NCBI GenBank assembly: GCA_963775425.1
Contig: CAVZJB010000012.1
Location: 32,001-96,000, forward strand
Length of the DNA stretch: 64,000 bases
Direction of reading: 5' to 3'
Source of the DNA: an uncultured delta proteobacterium
GTDB lineage: Bacteria > Myxococcota > UBA727 > VGSZ01
Below, in pieces: positions 21,914 to 36,100 of the stretch (position 1 is its first letter; every line of letters begins with the position of its first letter). A model generated the notes under the pieces. The model was not told the origin of the DNA. It searched no databases and saw only the letters and a list, made by a program, of their open reading frames with translations. The position numbers and the translations under genes are program-made.

Positions 21914-23167
21914 TCACCAGCGGTTGGCGACGCCGACAGGTTGGTCGTTGTCACTGTCGACGCCGAGGCGCCCCTCGTACTTGTGCAGCTCGGCGGAGAA
22001 GCCCGGCGGCTGCGCGCCGTCGGGCGCGCCGGTGTACAGCGTGTAGTCGCCGCGGGCGGGGTCGGGGTTGTAGACGTAGGGCGTGCCGTCGCCGCGCCGG
22101 CCCACGGTGATGAAGTGGCTGGGCGTGGTGTCCTCGTCGGTGCCGGTCACGCGCACGGTCATCGACTCGCCCGGGCCGAGCCTGGCGACGACGTCTTCGA
22201 GCGGGTGCCGTGCGTTGTAGTCGACGTCGACGCGCCGGGGGCTGCCGCCGCCGGCGGTGACCAGGCCCTGGAGCTCGTCGTCGTCGAAGCCGCTGTGGTC
22301 GTTGTCGACGGAGACGCCCCAGTACTGCCGGCTCGCGTCGCCGGGGTGCTGCGGATCGTCCTCGAGCTGCACGGTGACCGGCTTGCCCTCCGCCTTGGTG
22401 AGGAGGCGCGACAGCTCCGCCGGCTCCCCGGCCGCGAGCCCGCCGTTGTTGATGATGACGCGCTGGGTGAACGCCTTCACCCGCGCCTTCTCGGCGCGCG
22501 ACAGGCGCGGGCTGTGCTCCGCGCGGTACAGGGCCGCGTCGAGGTCGCCGCGGCTGTTGCCCGCCTTGTACAAGAGCGCCTGCGCCCGTGAGAGCTGCTC
22601 GAACGTGGCGCTCCTGCCGCCGACGGCGCCGGCAATCCCGCGCAGCTCGCGCTGCTCGGCCGCGCTGAGGCGCGCGCTGCCGGCGGCGTGCTCGAGGAAG
22701 CGCTGCGCGTTTTCGGGGCCCGCCATCAGCGCGCCGCCGAGGAGGTTCGAGGGCCCGCAGCGGTCATCGGCGTTGCCCGCGTGGATGGAGCCGTGCGCGG
22801 CGTGCTGCGTGAGGCGGCCGACGATGCGCTCGGGGTGGTCCCAGTCGCCGCGCGGGATGCGCCCCGAGGCGCTGCGCAGGTGTGTGGCGGCGCCGTTCAA
22901 GCCCTTGCCGGAGTCGTGCGGCGCCGCGCCGCGGCCCATGCGCGCGTTCTCCGAGGAGATGGTGGCGCTCAGGACCGGGTCCGTGGTCTCGGGCACGAGC
23001 GAGGTGTGCCCCACGCGCGCCCGATCGAGCGGCGTCTGCGTGACCTGGTTCCCTGCGGCGAACGCGTCGCCGTCGCCCGCCTCCGCCTCCGCCTCCTCGA
23101 GCGGCGCGGCGGCCTCGCCGGAGACGCCCTTCACCGAAGTCGCGCGCGGGCCGCTGATGCGTGTCAT
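21914..23167 (-). CDS. Hypothetical protein with possible papain-like (C39-type) Cys-His-Asn/Asp triad
   Basis: ATG at 23167 with GGGGGA RBS; DDRCGPSNLL ... SHFITVG ... YVYNPDP; no signal peptide. Confidence 0.65.
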   Translation of the reverse strand: MTRISGPRATSVKGVSGEAAAPLEEAEAEAGDGDAFAAGNQVTQTPLDRARVGHTSLVPETTDPVLSATISSENARMGRGAAPHDSGKGLNGAATHLRSASGRIPRGDWDHPERIVGRLTQHAAHGSIHAGNADDRCGPSNLLGGALMAGPENAQRFLEHAAGSARLSAAEQRELRGIAGAVGGRSATFEQLSRAQALLYKAGNSRGDLDAALYRAEHSPRLSRAEKARVKAFTQRVIINNGGLAAGEPAELSRLLTKAEGKPVTVQLEDDPQHPGDASRQYWGVSVDNDHSGFDDDELQGLVTAGGGSPRRVDVDYNARHPLEDVVARLGPGESMTVRVTGTDEDTTPSHFITVGRRGDGTPYVYNPDPARGDYTLYTGAPDGAQPPGFSAELHKYEGRLGVDSDNDQPVGVANRW

Positions 23168-23366
23168 CGTCGTCCCCCTGTGGAGGGGATGAGCATAGTA
23201 CGTGGCTCCGTCGTGGCGCGGGGAAGTGGCGTATTGACCCTCGGGACCGCCGCCGAACGGGATTCCTTCTGCGGCGCGCGCGAGGCCATCGGGTTCGGGT
23301 CTACAATGATCACCCGCGCGGGCGTCATGGTCGACGCGCGGAGGGCGTAGGCGGGGAGGGGGACCG

Positions 23367-23999
23367 ATGAAGATCGCCTTGTTCGGAGCGAGCGGAAAGA
23401 CCGGCGCACAGGTCTTGAAGCTCGCGCTCGCCGCCGGCCACGACGTCACCGCGCTCGTGCGCGACCCCGCCGCGCTCGTCGGGATCGCCGGCGTACATAT
23501 CCTGAAAGGCACCCCCACCGACGCCGACGACGTCGACCACGCCATGGTCGGCCGCGACGTGGCCATCAGTTGTGTGGGTTCGCGCACCCTCAGCGAGAAC
23601 ACCACGCGCTCGGAGACCGCGCAGAACCTCGTGGCCGCGGCCAAGAAGCACGGCGTGAAGAAGATCATCTTCCTGTCGGCGGTGGGTGTCGGCGACAGCG
23701 CCGCGCAGGCCAAGCGCTCCTCGCGCATCTTCGGCTACGTCATCATGCCGCTCGTGTTGAAGGCCAACTACGCCGACGCCGAGAAGGCCGAAAACATCCT
23801 CCGCGAAAGCGGCGTGCCCTTCGTGATCACGCGACCCGTGGGGCTCACCGACGACGACGCCAAGGACGACGTCGTCGCCGTCACGGACCTCTCCGCGAAG
23901 CTCGCGCGCGCATACATGAGCCGCGCCGACGTCGCCGCCTGGATGCTCGCCCGCGCCGCCGACGACGCCTACGACCGCGAGGCCGTCTCCATCTACTGA
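23367..23999 (+). CDS. NAD(P)-binding Rossmann protein (flavin reductase/BVR-B-like atypical SDR)
   Basis: MKIALFGASGKTG...GHDVTALVRDP ... RPVGLTD ... SRADVA. Confidence 0.9.
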   Translation: MKIALFGASGKTGAQVLKLALAAGHDVTALVRDPAALVGIAGVHILKGTPTDADDVDHAMVGRDVAISCVGSRTLSENTTRSETAQNLVAAAKKHGVKKIIFLSAVGVGDSAAQAKRSSRIFGYVIMPLVLKANYADAEKAENILRESGVPFVITRPVGLTDDDAKDDVVAVTDLSAKLARAYMSRADVAAWMLARAADDAYDREAVSIY

Positions 24000-24096
24000 C
24001 CGCGACGCCCTGCGTCGCGACCCCCGGGCGCGAGGTGCTTGGGGCTCCACGGGCAGGGCAAAACTTTTTGCCCGAGGCACGCGGCTGCGCACGCGC

Positions 24097-24102
24097 TAAC
24101 GT
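24097..24102 (+). promoter_or_regulatory. Putative -10 box (TAACGT) of the giant surface-protein gene
   Basis: cgcgcTAACGTg 12-mer also occurs upstream of 41681; GGAG RBS at 24117-24120. Confidence 0.4.
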
Positions 24103-24126
24103 GACGGCCCTTCGACGGAGATCGAC

Positions 24127-27100
24127 ATGAGGCTGCCCCACGTGTCCGGCGCCGGCGCCGCGCGCACTCTCGCCCTGTTCTGCAGCTCGCTCGCGGTGAT
24201 CGTGGCGGCGTCGTGCGCGCCGACGAACCCGTTCGACCCGAACGCGCCCGCGGAGCTGCAGGCCAAGGCGGCGCTGTCGGGGCGGGTGGTGCTCGTGAAC
24301 CCCGAGGCGGACGACGCCACGCTGGTGCGCGACCTGTCGGCGGCGCGCATCGGGCTCCTCGACGACACGGGCGCGCGGGTGCAGCAGGGCGGCGGCGACC
24401 TCGACGTCCCGCTCAAGGACGTCACCAAGGACGGCGGCGCGCTGTTCGTCGATCAGCTCCTGCCGGGGACGTACACGCTCGTCGTCGAGAACCTCTCGGC
24501 GTACGCGGCGCCGGCGCTGGCGCCGGTGCGCTTGTTGCCGGGCGCGGCGGCCGACGTCGGCGATCTGGTGTTCACGCTCAACGAGCAGGCGGGCCCCGGC
24601 CCCGGCGCCATCACCGGCGACGTCGCGGTGTCGACGGGCGGCGCGCAGCGCAAGGTGTCCTTGTTCCGGAAGAGCGGCGCCGGCGTGGTGCTGCAGGCGA
24701 GCACGGTCACCGACGGGAGCTTCGAGTTTCAGGGCCTGAACCCCGGGACGTACGCGGTGGTGGCGGAGGCGTCGGGCTACACGAGCGACTACCGGCTCGA
24801 CCTCGACGTCGGCGAGGGCGACGGCGCGGCGTTGGCGTTCGACTTCTCGGGCGCGGACGCGTTGAACCTGTTCCCGGTGACGGCGGTGCTGGCGCCGCAG
24901 CCTTCGCCGAGCACGCTGCTCGACGAGGGGACGTTCTTCGTCTCGTCGGACACGGTGTCTTTGGCGGTGCTGGCGTTCGGCGGCGTGACGTCGATGCGCT
25001 TGTCGACCAACGCGGAATTCCTCGACGACACGGGGGCCGATCTGGCCTTCGTCCCATACGCGGCGGCGGCGGAGCAGGCGCTGCCCGACGTGCAGGGGCC
25101 GGTGACGGTGTTCGCGCAGTTCCAGGCGGCGAGCGCGGGCGGCTTCGTGTTCACGTCGGACACGTTCACGACGACCATCGTGCGGGACACCACGCCGCCG
25201 GAGGTGGTGGACGCCACGTTCGTGGGGCTCCCGCAAGACGGCGACAACTTCCTGGCCAACATCCAAAACGGCGGCGGCACACCCGCGCTGCGCATCGACG
25301 CGCAGGACGGCGTGAGCGCGGTGGCGGGCGTGGCGGTGGTGGTGGCGGACGCGGACGCGGCGCCGGCGGTGCCGGACACGTTCGACGACGTCACGAGCAA
25401 CGGCGGCCTCGTGCGCATCGATCGCGCGGTCCCGCTCGGGACGGACGGGCAGCACTTCGTGTTCGTGTTCGTGCGCGACCGGGCGGGCAACGTGTCGACG
25501 CCCGCGCGGCTGCCGGTGCTGCTCGACCGCACGGCGCCGGACGTGCCGCTGGCGGTGGACAACGCCGTGGCGGGCGTGCTCGACACGCGCGTGGCGCAGT
25601 TGCGCTTCGACACGTCGTCGTCGTCGTCGGACCTGCCGGTGGCGATGCAGAATCTCGGCGGGGACGGTGTCGCCGAGCGCGGAGATCGTGCCGTTTTCCC
25701 AGACGGCGACGGTGCTGGTGCCGGCGACGTTCGCGCACGACCAGGACGTGGCGTTCGAGGCGCGGCTCATCGACGCGGCGGGCAACGCGAACGTGGTGCG
25801 CAGCCTCGACGTGCACCTGTCGCTGCTGTCTCGGGTGACGGGCGTGGTGTCGTTCGAGGGTGTGCCCGAGGTGGTCGCCGACGGGGCGGGCGCCACGGTG
25901 TCCATCGTGGACGCGACGGGCGCGCCGGTGGCCGGGGCCACGGGCACCACGGACGCGACGGGGGCGTACGCGCTCGCGGGAATTCCCGAGAACACCGGCG
26001 TGTTCGTCGACGTCGCGCGCGACGGCTGGGCGGCGGCGCACGTGCGCTTGCCTGTGTTGCCGACGCTGACGGCGGCGGAGGCGCCGACGGCGCTCGACCC
26101 GGTGACGCTGCCGCTGTTGCGCGGCTCGCTGACGGGCGTGTTCCGCCGCAGCGACCTCGCCGCCGACAACGCGGCGCACGCGGGCATCGTGGTCACGGCC
26201 ACGCTGCAGAGCGCGGACCGCACGTTCACGACGTCGACGGTGACGGGCCCCGACGGCAGCTACGCGCTGCGCGACCTGCCGGTGACGCGCGCGGACGAGA
26301 GCTACGGGCTCGAGGCGCGGCACGACGACTACGGCTCGGCCACGGCGACGGCGGCGGTGTTGCCGGGGACGCTGTCGCCGGTGAACCCCGACGCGTCGGG
26401 GATCCCGCAGCCGGTGCTGCTGCCGAAGAACACGGGCGACTTCGACGTGTGCACGGTGTCGGGCGCGTGCGTGTCGACGACGTTCTTCAAGGACGCGGTG
26501 GTGCGCGTGAAGGTGCGTGACACCACCAACGTCACGGAGATCAGGGCGCAGGCGCGCACGGCGTTCCTCGCGGGCGACGCGAACCCGCCGTTTCAGGCGT
26601 TCCCGTCGGCGAACGACTTCACCGTCGACATCTCGGGGGCGGACGGGCTCGTCGACCTCTTCGTGCAGGTGAAGAAGGCGGACGGGTCCACGAGCGAGGT
26701 GCTGTCGGCCACGGTGGTGCGCGACACGGTGCCGCCGGTGCTTCAAGAGGTGAAGCGGCTCACGGCGGCGGGCGCGCTCGACCCGCGCTTTTCGAAGAAC
26801 AACTTCGTCGACGTGCAGATCGACGCGGACCCGGGCACGGGCACGGTGGCGCCGCTCGCGCCGGCGCGCATCGCCATCCTCCCCGACGACGGCAGCGCGG
26901 CGCCGGTGGACCCGCCGGGCGCGGCGTCGTCGTGCCCGCCGGGCACCACGTGCCGCGTGCAGCTCCCGGGCGCGGCGACCAACACCGTGGCCGAGGCGCT
27001 CCACCGCATCGCGGGCTGGGCCTGCGACGCCGCGGGCAACTGCAGCGCGCCCGAGGAGAGCTTCGTGATCCACGACCAGACGCCGCCGTCGGCGGCGCAC

Positions 27101-30100
27101 GGCGCGGGCTTTTCGATCACGGGCGCGGCGGCGGTCTCCGCGGGCGTGTCGCTGCTGCGCTCGCCCTTGTACGGCATCTCCCTCGACGTGGGCGCCGCGC
27201 AGGACGCGGGCGGCGGCGCGGTCGTCGACGAGACGGGCGCCGCGGTGGCGGACGTGTACGCGTCGCGCTTTTCGTTCGCGGAGTCCACGTTCGACGCCAC
27301 GGTGCGCGCGCTCGATCCGGCTCCGTCGGCTTCGGCGTCGCGCACCGACGTGACGGTGCCGGCGCTGCCCGCCGTCGACGGGGACTACCGCGTGTTCGGC
27401 GAGCTGTTCGACGCGGCGGGCAACGCGACCATCGTGGAGCCGAACGCGTTCTTCCAGGACCTGCGGCTCGACACGCAGGCGCCGGTGGTGTCCTTCGTCG
27501 TGGCGGGCGGCGCCGACGTCGTCGACAGCGGCACGGTGTCCGTGGACGTGGTGGTGCCGTCGGGCGGCGAGGTGCCCGCGCGCATGGACCTCGCGGCGGA
27601 CGGCGGGCTGTTTCAGACGGGCGTGGTGACCAAGACCTTCCCGCTCGACCCCGCGGGCGAGACGTTCACGCTGCCGGCGAACGGCGACGGCAGCTACACG
27701 GTGTTCGCGCGCATCTTCGACGCGGCGGGGAACGTGATCGAGCGCTCTGACACGGTGCTGCTCGACACCACGCCGCCGTCCATCGTGCTCGCGAGCTGCT
27801 TGAGCTGCACCGCGAGCGGCGGCCAATTGTTCACGAGCAACGCCAACGCGCAGCTCAGCGTGGTGGCGAGCGACGTCGCCGCGGGCGGCGGGAGCGGGGC
27901 AGGGGCCGACGGCAGCGGCGTGTCTTCCCTGGAGATCGACGTCGAGGACGCCAACAACGCGGCCAACGCCACCACGCAGACGGTGCCGTTCAACGGCACG
28001 GCGTCGGTGGCGCTGTTCCCCGACACGCAAAACGTGATCACCCTGCGGGGCATCGATCGCGCGGGCAACACCACGGGCGCGGGCGGCGCGCTCTCGTTGA
28101 CGGTGGCGCACGACGACCGCGCGCCGGTGCTGTCGAAGGTGGAGCTCGCCGACGGCGCGGCGACGACATCGTCGACGCAGGTGGTGCTGCGCGTGGACGC
28201 CTCCGACGCCGAGACCGCGGTCACGCGCATGCGCGTGTCGCCCACGCTCGACTTCTCCACGGCGGTGGCCACCGAGCTGCGCGCGGTGGACTTCGTGGAC
28301 CTCACCGGCGCCGACGGCAGCAAGCAGGTGTGCGTGCAGGTCGAGGACGCCGCAGGCAACACCGCCGCCGACTGCGACACCGTCACGCTCGACCGCGCCG
28401 CCCCCGTGGGCGCCGTCGACGTCACGCCGCTCGTCACCGCCGCCACGTCGGTGCCGGCGGTGCTCACGTACCCGGCCGACACCGCCGAGGTGGCGGTGGC
28501 GCCGGGGGCGCTCGCGTGCTCCGGGGCGACGTACGTGGCGGCCACGGGCTCGCCGCAGACGGTCACGGTGGACCTCGACGGCGGCGACGGCACCGTTCGC
28601 GTCTTCGCCTGCTTCAAGGACGCCGCGGGCAACTTCAGCGCCACGCCGGTGAGCGACACCGTGGTCGTCGACCGCACGGCGCCGGCGGCGAGCGTCCTCG
28701 TCGACGGCGGCGCGGAGTTCACGCTCGACGAGCAGGTGGGCGTCGCCGTCACGGTCGCCCCGGCGGCGGACGCGGCGCAGCTCGCGCTGTCTGCGGACAC
28801 GGCCATCGACTGCTCCACGGCGACGTACCAGGCCTTCGTGTCGCCGCAGACGGTGACGCTCGCGCTCACCGAGGGCGTGCACACCATCTTCGCGTGCGTC
28901 AAAGACGCCGCGGGCAACACCACCGCCGCGCCTTCGAGCGACAGCATCTTCTTCGACCGCGCCGACCCCACCGGCAGCGTGCTCATCGAGGGCGGCGCCG
29001 CGCTCACGCGGAACAGCACCGTCGGCGTGGACATCACGCGCTCGTCGGACGTGGTGTCGATGGCCGTGAGCGCCGGCGCGCTCAACTGCGCCACCGCCAC
29101 CTACGAGGCGTTCACGTCGGTGCGCGCGGTGGCTCTCGCGGCGCCCGACGGGCTCAAGACCGTGAGCGTGTGCCTCAAGGACGCCGCCGGCCGCACGGCG
29201 CTGTTCTCCGACGACATCACGCTCGACACCAAGCCGCCGCTCGCCTCCATCGTCATCAACGGCGACGCGGCCACCACGTCGTCGCCGAGCGTCACCGTCA
29301 ACGCCACCTTCGACGCCGACGCCGTCGAGATGGCGCTCGCGGCGTTCCCGCTCGACTGCGCGAGCACGCCCTACGGCACCCTCGCCACCGACACGCCCTT
29401 CGACCTCCTCGCCACCAGCGGCGCCGCCACGGTGTTCGCGTGCTTCCGTGACGCCGCGGGCAACACCACCGCCGCGAGCGACAGCATCATCCTCGAGCAG
29501 GCCTCGAGCGGCACGCTCGTCGTCGCCATCAACGGCGGCGCCACCGCCACCACCACGAGGAACGTCACCGTCTCGCTCGTGGGCCCGTCCGACGCCGACC
29601 AGATGAAGGTCGCCGAGGCCGCCACGCTCGACTGCAACGATCCCGTCGGCTACGAGGCGTTCGCCACCACCAAGGCGCTCACCCTGGCGGCCGGCGGCGC
29701 CGCGCCCGCCGAGGGCTCGCGCACGGTGTCTGCGTGCGTGAAGACCACGTCGTCGCAGACCTTGTTCTCGCAGGACAGCATCCTGCTCGACACCTTCGCG
29801 CCGAGCGGCTCGGTCGTCATCGAGGGCGGCGCCGCCGTCACGCGCACGGCGGACGTGACCTTGAGCATCACCAAGGACGCGGACTCGAGCGACGTGCATC
29901 AGATCGGCGTGTCGTCGTCGTCGGCCACGGCGTGCCAGAACTTCGAGGCGTTCGTCACCACCAAGACCTTCACGCTCGGCGGCGCCGACGGCGGCAAGTC
30001 GGCCTTCGTGTGCCTGCGCGACGACGCGGGCAACACCACCGTGGTCACCGACGACATCACGCTCGACCGCGCGGCGCCCTCGCCGGTGCTCGTCGACGTG

Positions 30101-33100
30101 CCGGACTTCTCCACGGCCACGAGCATCACGGCGAACCTGACCTTCCCCGCGGCCGACACCGCGCAGGTGGCGGTGGCCGAGGGCGCGCTCGACTGCGCGT
30201 CGACGGCGGCGTACGTGCCGGCGAGCGCCACGGCCACGGTGAGCCTGTCGGCCAGCGAGGGCAGCAAGGTGATCGTGGCGTGCTTCAAGGACGCCGCGGG
30301 CAACACCTCGCAGGCCTCCGACGTCACCACGCTCGACCTCGTCGCGCCCGCGGGCAGCGTCGTCGTCAACGGCGGCGCGGTGGCCACCACCGCGCGCGAC
30401 GTCACGCTCACCATCTCGGCCAGCGCCGACGTCGACCGCATGGCCCTGATTGAGTCGGCGAGCACGCCGGACTGCGACACGGCCACCTACGTGGCGTTCG
30501 TGCAGCAGCCGGCGTTCACGCTGTCGTCGGGCGACGGCGACAAGAGCGTGCAGGTCTGCCTGCAGGACCGCGCCGGCCGCAAGGCGGCCGCGGTGCCGGA
30601 CAGCATCCGCCTCGACCAGGGCGCGCCCGACGGCTCCGTCGTCGTCAACGGCGGCGACGCCTTCACCAACCGCCGTGACGTCATCCTCACGGTGGCGCGA
30701 AACGCCGGCAGCGAGGACGCGAGCCTCATGGCCGTGGGCGAGGGCGCGCTCGTGTGCAACGCCGCCAACCTCGTCTACACCGCGTTTCAGCCCACCGTGC
30801 CCTTCACCGTCTCCACCGGCGACGGCACGAAGACCGTGTCTTTGTGCCTGAAGGACGGCGCCGGCAACGTGAGCACCACCACGCGCCAGGACACCATCAC
30901 GCTCGACACCTCGCCGCCGTCGGGGTCCACCGTCAGCATCGCCAACGACGCCGCGTTCACCACCAGCGCCACCGTCACGCTCACGCTCACCTTCCCCGGC
31001 GACGTCACCGGCGTCGCCGTCGGAAACGACGGGCTCGATTGCTCGTCGGCCACGTACGCGGCGCCCGCGTCGACCATCTCGGGCCACGCGCTCACGCCCG
31101 GCGACGGCGAAAAGACCGTGGCCGCCTGCTTGAAGGACGGCGCGGGCAACACCTTCCTCGCCGTGGACACCATCGTCCTCGACACCGTGGCGCCCTCCGC
31201 GGCCGACAGCTCGCTCGCCATCAACGGCGGCGCCGCCAACACCACCTCGCGCGACGTCAGCCTCGTGTTCACCGCGCCCTCCGACGTGCACCAGGTGGCG
31301 GTCTCCGAGTCCGCGCTCAACTGCGCCACCGCCACGTACGGCGCGCTGTCGTCGCCGCTGCCGTTCACCCTCGCCTCCGGCGGTGACGGCACAAAGACCG
31401 TGAACGCGTGCTTGAAGGAGGACGCCGGCCGCACCGTCGCGCTCACCGACACCATCGTCCTCGACACCACGCCGCCCACGGCGACCACGTTCACCATCAA
31501 CGGCGTCACGAGCCCCGTCACCAACAACCCCGCCGTCACCGTCGCCGTCGCTGCCAGCGCCGACGTCACCGGCATGGCGATCCAAAACGGCGCGCTCGAC
31601 TGCACCACCGCGAGCTACGGCCCCTTCACCTCGCCGGTGCAATTCACCGTCGCCGGCGCGAGCCCCGTCACCGTGTCTTTGTGCTTGCAGGATCGGGCGG
31701 GCAACACGTCGGTGACCGGCGCCAACACCCGCGACGTCGTCCTCGACACCACCGCCCCCGGCGGCAGCGTCTCCATCAACGGCGGCGCCGCCTTCGCCAC
31801 CAGCCGGAACGTCACGCTCACGCTCGACACCTCGCCCCCCGAGAGCGGCCTGCAAAAGGCGGTCGCCAACGACGCCGTCGACTGCACGAGCGCCACCTTC
31901 AGCGCGCTCGGCGCCGTGCCGGCCACCGTGGCGCAGACGCTCTCGGGCGGCGACGGCACAAAGACGGTCTTTGTCTGCTTCAAGGACCCCGCGGGCAACG
32001 TCTCGGTCGCGCAGGACAGCGTCGTCGTCGACACCGCCGACCCCGTGGGCACCGTGGCCATCCTCGATCCCGAAGGCAACGCCGACGGCTTCGCCAACAC
32101 CGCCAACGTCACCGTCGCGCTCACGCTCCCCGGCGAGGACACGGGCACCGCGCAGATGGCGGTGCGCGAGGCGGCCACGCTCGACTGCACCAGCGGCGCG
32201 CTCTCGTACGAAGCGTTTTCGTCCACCAAGGCGCTCGTGCTCGCCGGCGGCCAGGGCCTCCGCACCGTCAGCGCGTGCTTCAAGGACGCCGCGGGCCGCG
32301 TGACGCCGGCGGCGTCGGTGGCGCACGCGAGCATCACGCTCGACACCGTCGCGCCCGCGGGCGTGCTCTCGGTGGCCGAGGGCTCCGTCGTCGGCGGCAC
32401 GCACTTCGTCAACACCGAGAACGTCACGGCCGTCATCTCGGGCACCTCGCCCGACGTCGTCGGGCTCGCGGTGTCCACGAGCGCGCTCAACTGCGCCACC
32501 GCCACCTACGGGCCGTTCTCCGCTGCGACGCCGGTGACGCTGTCGATCGGTGAGGGCGACAAGACCATCAACGCCTGCCTCGAGGACGGCGCCGGGCTCA
32601 CCACCGCGCTCACCACCCAGGTGCGCCTCGACACCACCGCGCCGGCCGGCACGCTCACGCTCGACGGCGGCGCCGACTACACGGCAGACCGCAACGTCGA
32701 CATCAACGTCCAAAGCGGCGAGGCCGACCTCGCGCTCAAGATCCCCGCCACCGACTGCACGCCGCCGTTCAACGTCTCGCCCTTCGACGGCGACGAGACC
32801 CGCACCGCCACCATCGCCGGCAGCGAGGGCACGCGCACCCTCGGGGCCTGCCTGCGCGATCCCGCGGGCAACACCACGTTCCTGTCCGACGCCATCAACC
32901 TCGACCTCACGCCGCCGGTCGGCATCTCCGCCACCTGCGCGTCCTGCCTCGTCGACAACACCACCGGCACGCCGGCGTTCTTCACCGCCGGCACCGACGT
33001 CGACGGCGACAGCGTCGTCGACGCCGCCGTGCTGCTCGGCAACGTCGAGGCCGTGGACCCGAACGCCAACGGCTTCGTCCAGAGCGTGGTCGCGCGCGTG

Positions 33101-36100
33101 GACCTCAACGGCGACGGCGACTTCGCCGACACCGTCGGCGGCGTCCCCGAGACGCAGATCGAGGCCTACGACTCCTTCGTCCCCGTGCGCCTCGGCAGCG
33201 CCGACGGCCCCTACGCCGTCCACATCTCCTTCGTGGACGCCGCCGGCAACGAGAGCCCCGAGCTCGACTTCGACACGAGCTCGCCCACGCCCAATCCGCT
33301 CGTGGTCAACCTCGACCGCGCGCCGCCGTCGGCCGGCACCACGTTCACCGTCAACGGTCGCCTCGGCGACGGCACCACGTCGACGGCGCGCACCGTCACG
33401 CAGAACGTCACCGTGGCGTTCGGCCTGCCCGTCGGCAACGACGTCGTCGCCGCCATCGTCACCGAGGGCGGGAGCTTCGCGGGCCTCTCGCCGCGGCCGC
33501 TCGCCGACGTCCTCGGCAACCCCTTCGTCCTGTCGAGTGGCGACGCCACCAAGACGCTGCACGCGCGCCTCTTCGATCGCGCGGGCAACGCCACCACCCT
33601 CACCGCCGCGCCGGCCATCATCCTCGACACCACGCCGCCCGTGATCCTGTCGTTCGCGCTCTCGGACGCCACCTCGGGCAGCACCACCACCTCGGACAAG
33701 CACGTCGTCAACGCCACGCAGAGCGTGGTCAGCGAGACGGGCTTGCAGATGCGCATCCTCACCCCCGACAACCCCGACGACAACGCCGGCGAGGTCTTCG
33801 GCGCGTTCGCGGGCACGGCCTCGGTCGACGTCGCGGGCGCCGCCGGCGCCGACGGCCAGAAGTCGGCCGTGCTGCAGGTGCGCGACCTCGCGCGCAACCT
33901 CGCCACCGCCAACGCCACCATCGCGGTCGACACCGTCGCCCCCACCATCGCGTCCGTGACGCTCGCGAGCGGCGCGTCGTCCACGCGCAATCTCTCCGTC
34001 CAGCTCAACGTCGACGGCGCCGGCGCCACACGCATGCAGGTCACGGTGCGCGACACCGACGCGTCCACGTCCACGGCCGGCCCGGTGACGGCGTTTCAGC
34101 CGCAGACCCTCGTCACGCTCCCCGCCGGCGACTGCGCCGACGGCTGCAAGCGCGTCGAGGTCACGCTGTTCGACGACGCCGGCAACCCGTCGTCGGTCGG
34201 CTTCGACACCATCAGCCTCGACACCGTCGCGCCTTCTTCCGTGGCGCTGTCGCTCGCGGCGGGAGGCGCGGTCGTGAACAAGCAGACCACGGCCGTCACG
34301 CTCACGTTCACCACCGGCGTCACCGAGGCCAAGGAGGTCGCGCTCGGCGAAGGCATCGACTGCGCCACCGCCTCGTACGCGGCGCTCACCGCCACGAGCC
34401 CCGACACGTCCAAGACGGTGACGCTGACCGCGGGCGACGGCACCAAGACGGTGACGGCGTGCTTCCGCGACGCGTCCGGCAACATCGCCACCGCCGCCGA
34501 TCAGATCGTCCTCGACACCACGGCCCCCGCGGGCATCAGCATCGCCCTCGACGGCGGCGCGGCCAAGACCAACCTGGTCGCCGGCGTCCCCGTCCAGGTG
34601 GTGTTGCCGCCCGGGCTCGTCGACGTCACCGGCATCGCCCTGGCCGACCGCACCGGCACCACGGCGCTGGCGTGCGCCTCGGCCACGTATGTCCCCTTCA
34701 CCGGCGCCGCCACGGTGAGCTTCTCGAACGCCGCCAACCAGCAAAAGCGCGTGGAGGCGTGCTTCGAGGACGCCGCCGGCAACCGGAGCGGCTCCTCGGT
34801 GAGCGACGCCATCACGCTCGACACCACGCTCAACGCCGGCTCCATCACGCTGAGCCTGGCCGGCGTCCCCAGCCAGCAGTTCACGCGCATCCAGACCATC
34901 GGCGCGACCATCTCCGGGATGAACGCGGAGGCCGTCCGCAAGGTGGAGCTGTCCGAGCTCGGGACCTTCGCCGACGCCACCGCCATCGCGGTGGCGGCCG
35001 GCACCGACAGCATCCTGCTGCCGTTCACGCTGTCCTCGGGCGACGGGAACAAGACCGTCCACCTGCGCGTCACCGACGACGCGGGCAACACCAACAGCGC
35101 CGTCACCGACACCATCGTGCTCGACACCACGCCCCCGAGCGCCCCTCGCTTCAACAACACCTCGGTGCTCGTGAACGGCAGCGGCTCGGTCACCATCAAC
35201 GCGCTGGCCACGCAGGCGGCCGACACCGGCTCCGGCCTCCGCTCACCGCGGCCCTACGACCTCCCCGAGGTGAGCTCGTCCAATTGCACGGCCTCGGGCA
35301 TGAGCTTCGTGTCGGGCAACTGCGAGTGGAACGGCACCACGCCGTTCACCATCAACGCCTCGCTGCTCGGTGAGGGCGAGACCCGCTTTCATGTCCACGC
35401 CGTCGACAACGCGAAGAACGCCAGCACTGATGACGTCGTCATCATCACCAAGGACAGCGTGGCGCCCTCGCCGGTCAGCCTCGACGAGGCGATCCCCGGC
35501 GATCGCCAGATCTCGCTGTCGTGGTCCGTCCCCGGCGGGCTCCCGCCCGACGTCGCCGGGTTCCACGTCCACTACCAGGTGAACCCGGGGACCTCGGTCT
35601 TCAACTGCCCGAGCGCGCTGCCTTACGACGGTGACTTCGCCGCGCAGGGGCTCTCCCCCATCGACGTGGGGCTGAGCTTCGGCTTCCAGCTCACAGAGCT
35701 CAGCAACGACATCCCGTTCTGCGTCGCCGTCACCGCGTACGATCACGCGGGCAACGAGATCACGTCCGGTTTCGGCCCCGTCTCGGTCACGCCCTACGCC
35801 GTGGCGCCCACCTTGCGCGCGGACCTCACCGCTGCGCAGATGGGCACCGGCACCAAGGTCGGCGCCGTCGCCGCGCGCGACGGTCTGCTCTACGTGGCGT
35901 CCGCCGGCGCGCCGCTCGTCGTGATGGACGCCGCCGACGACGCGTGCTTCGACGTCACCGATCCCACCGCCTTCGCCACCTGCACGCACCGCATCGCGGG
36001 CGTCGGCAACCTGGTGGATCCGCGCGACATCGCCGTGTCCGGCACGGTGGTGTTCGTCGCGGACGCGGGCTTCGGGCAGGGCTTGCGCGTCTTCCGCGTC

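Noticed and set aside
25391-35062. 3,223-aa minus-strand ORF
   Set aside because: Antisense shadow of the Ig-repeat gene; Arg/Gly-rich with no motifs
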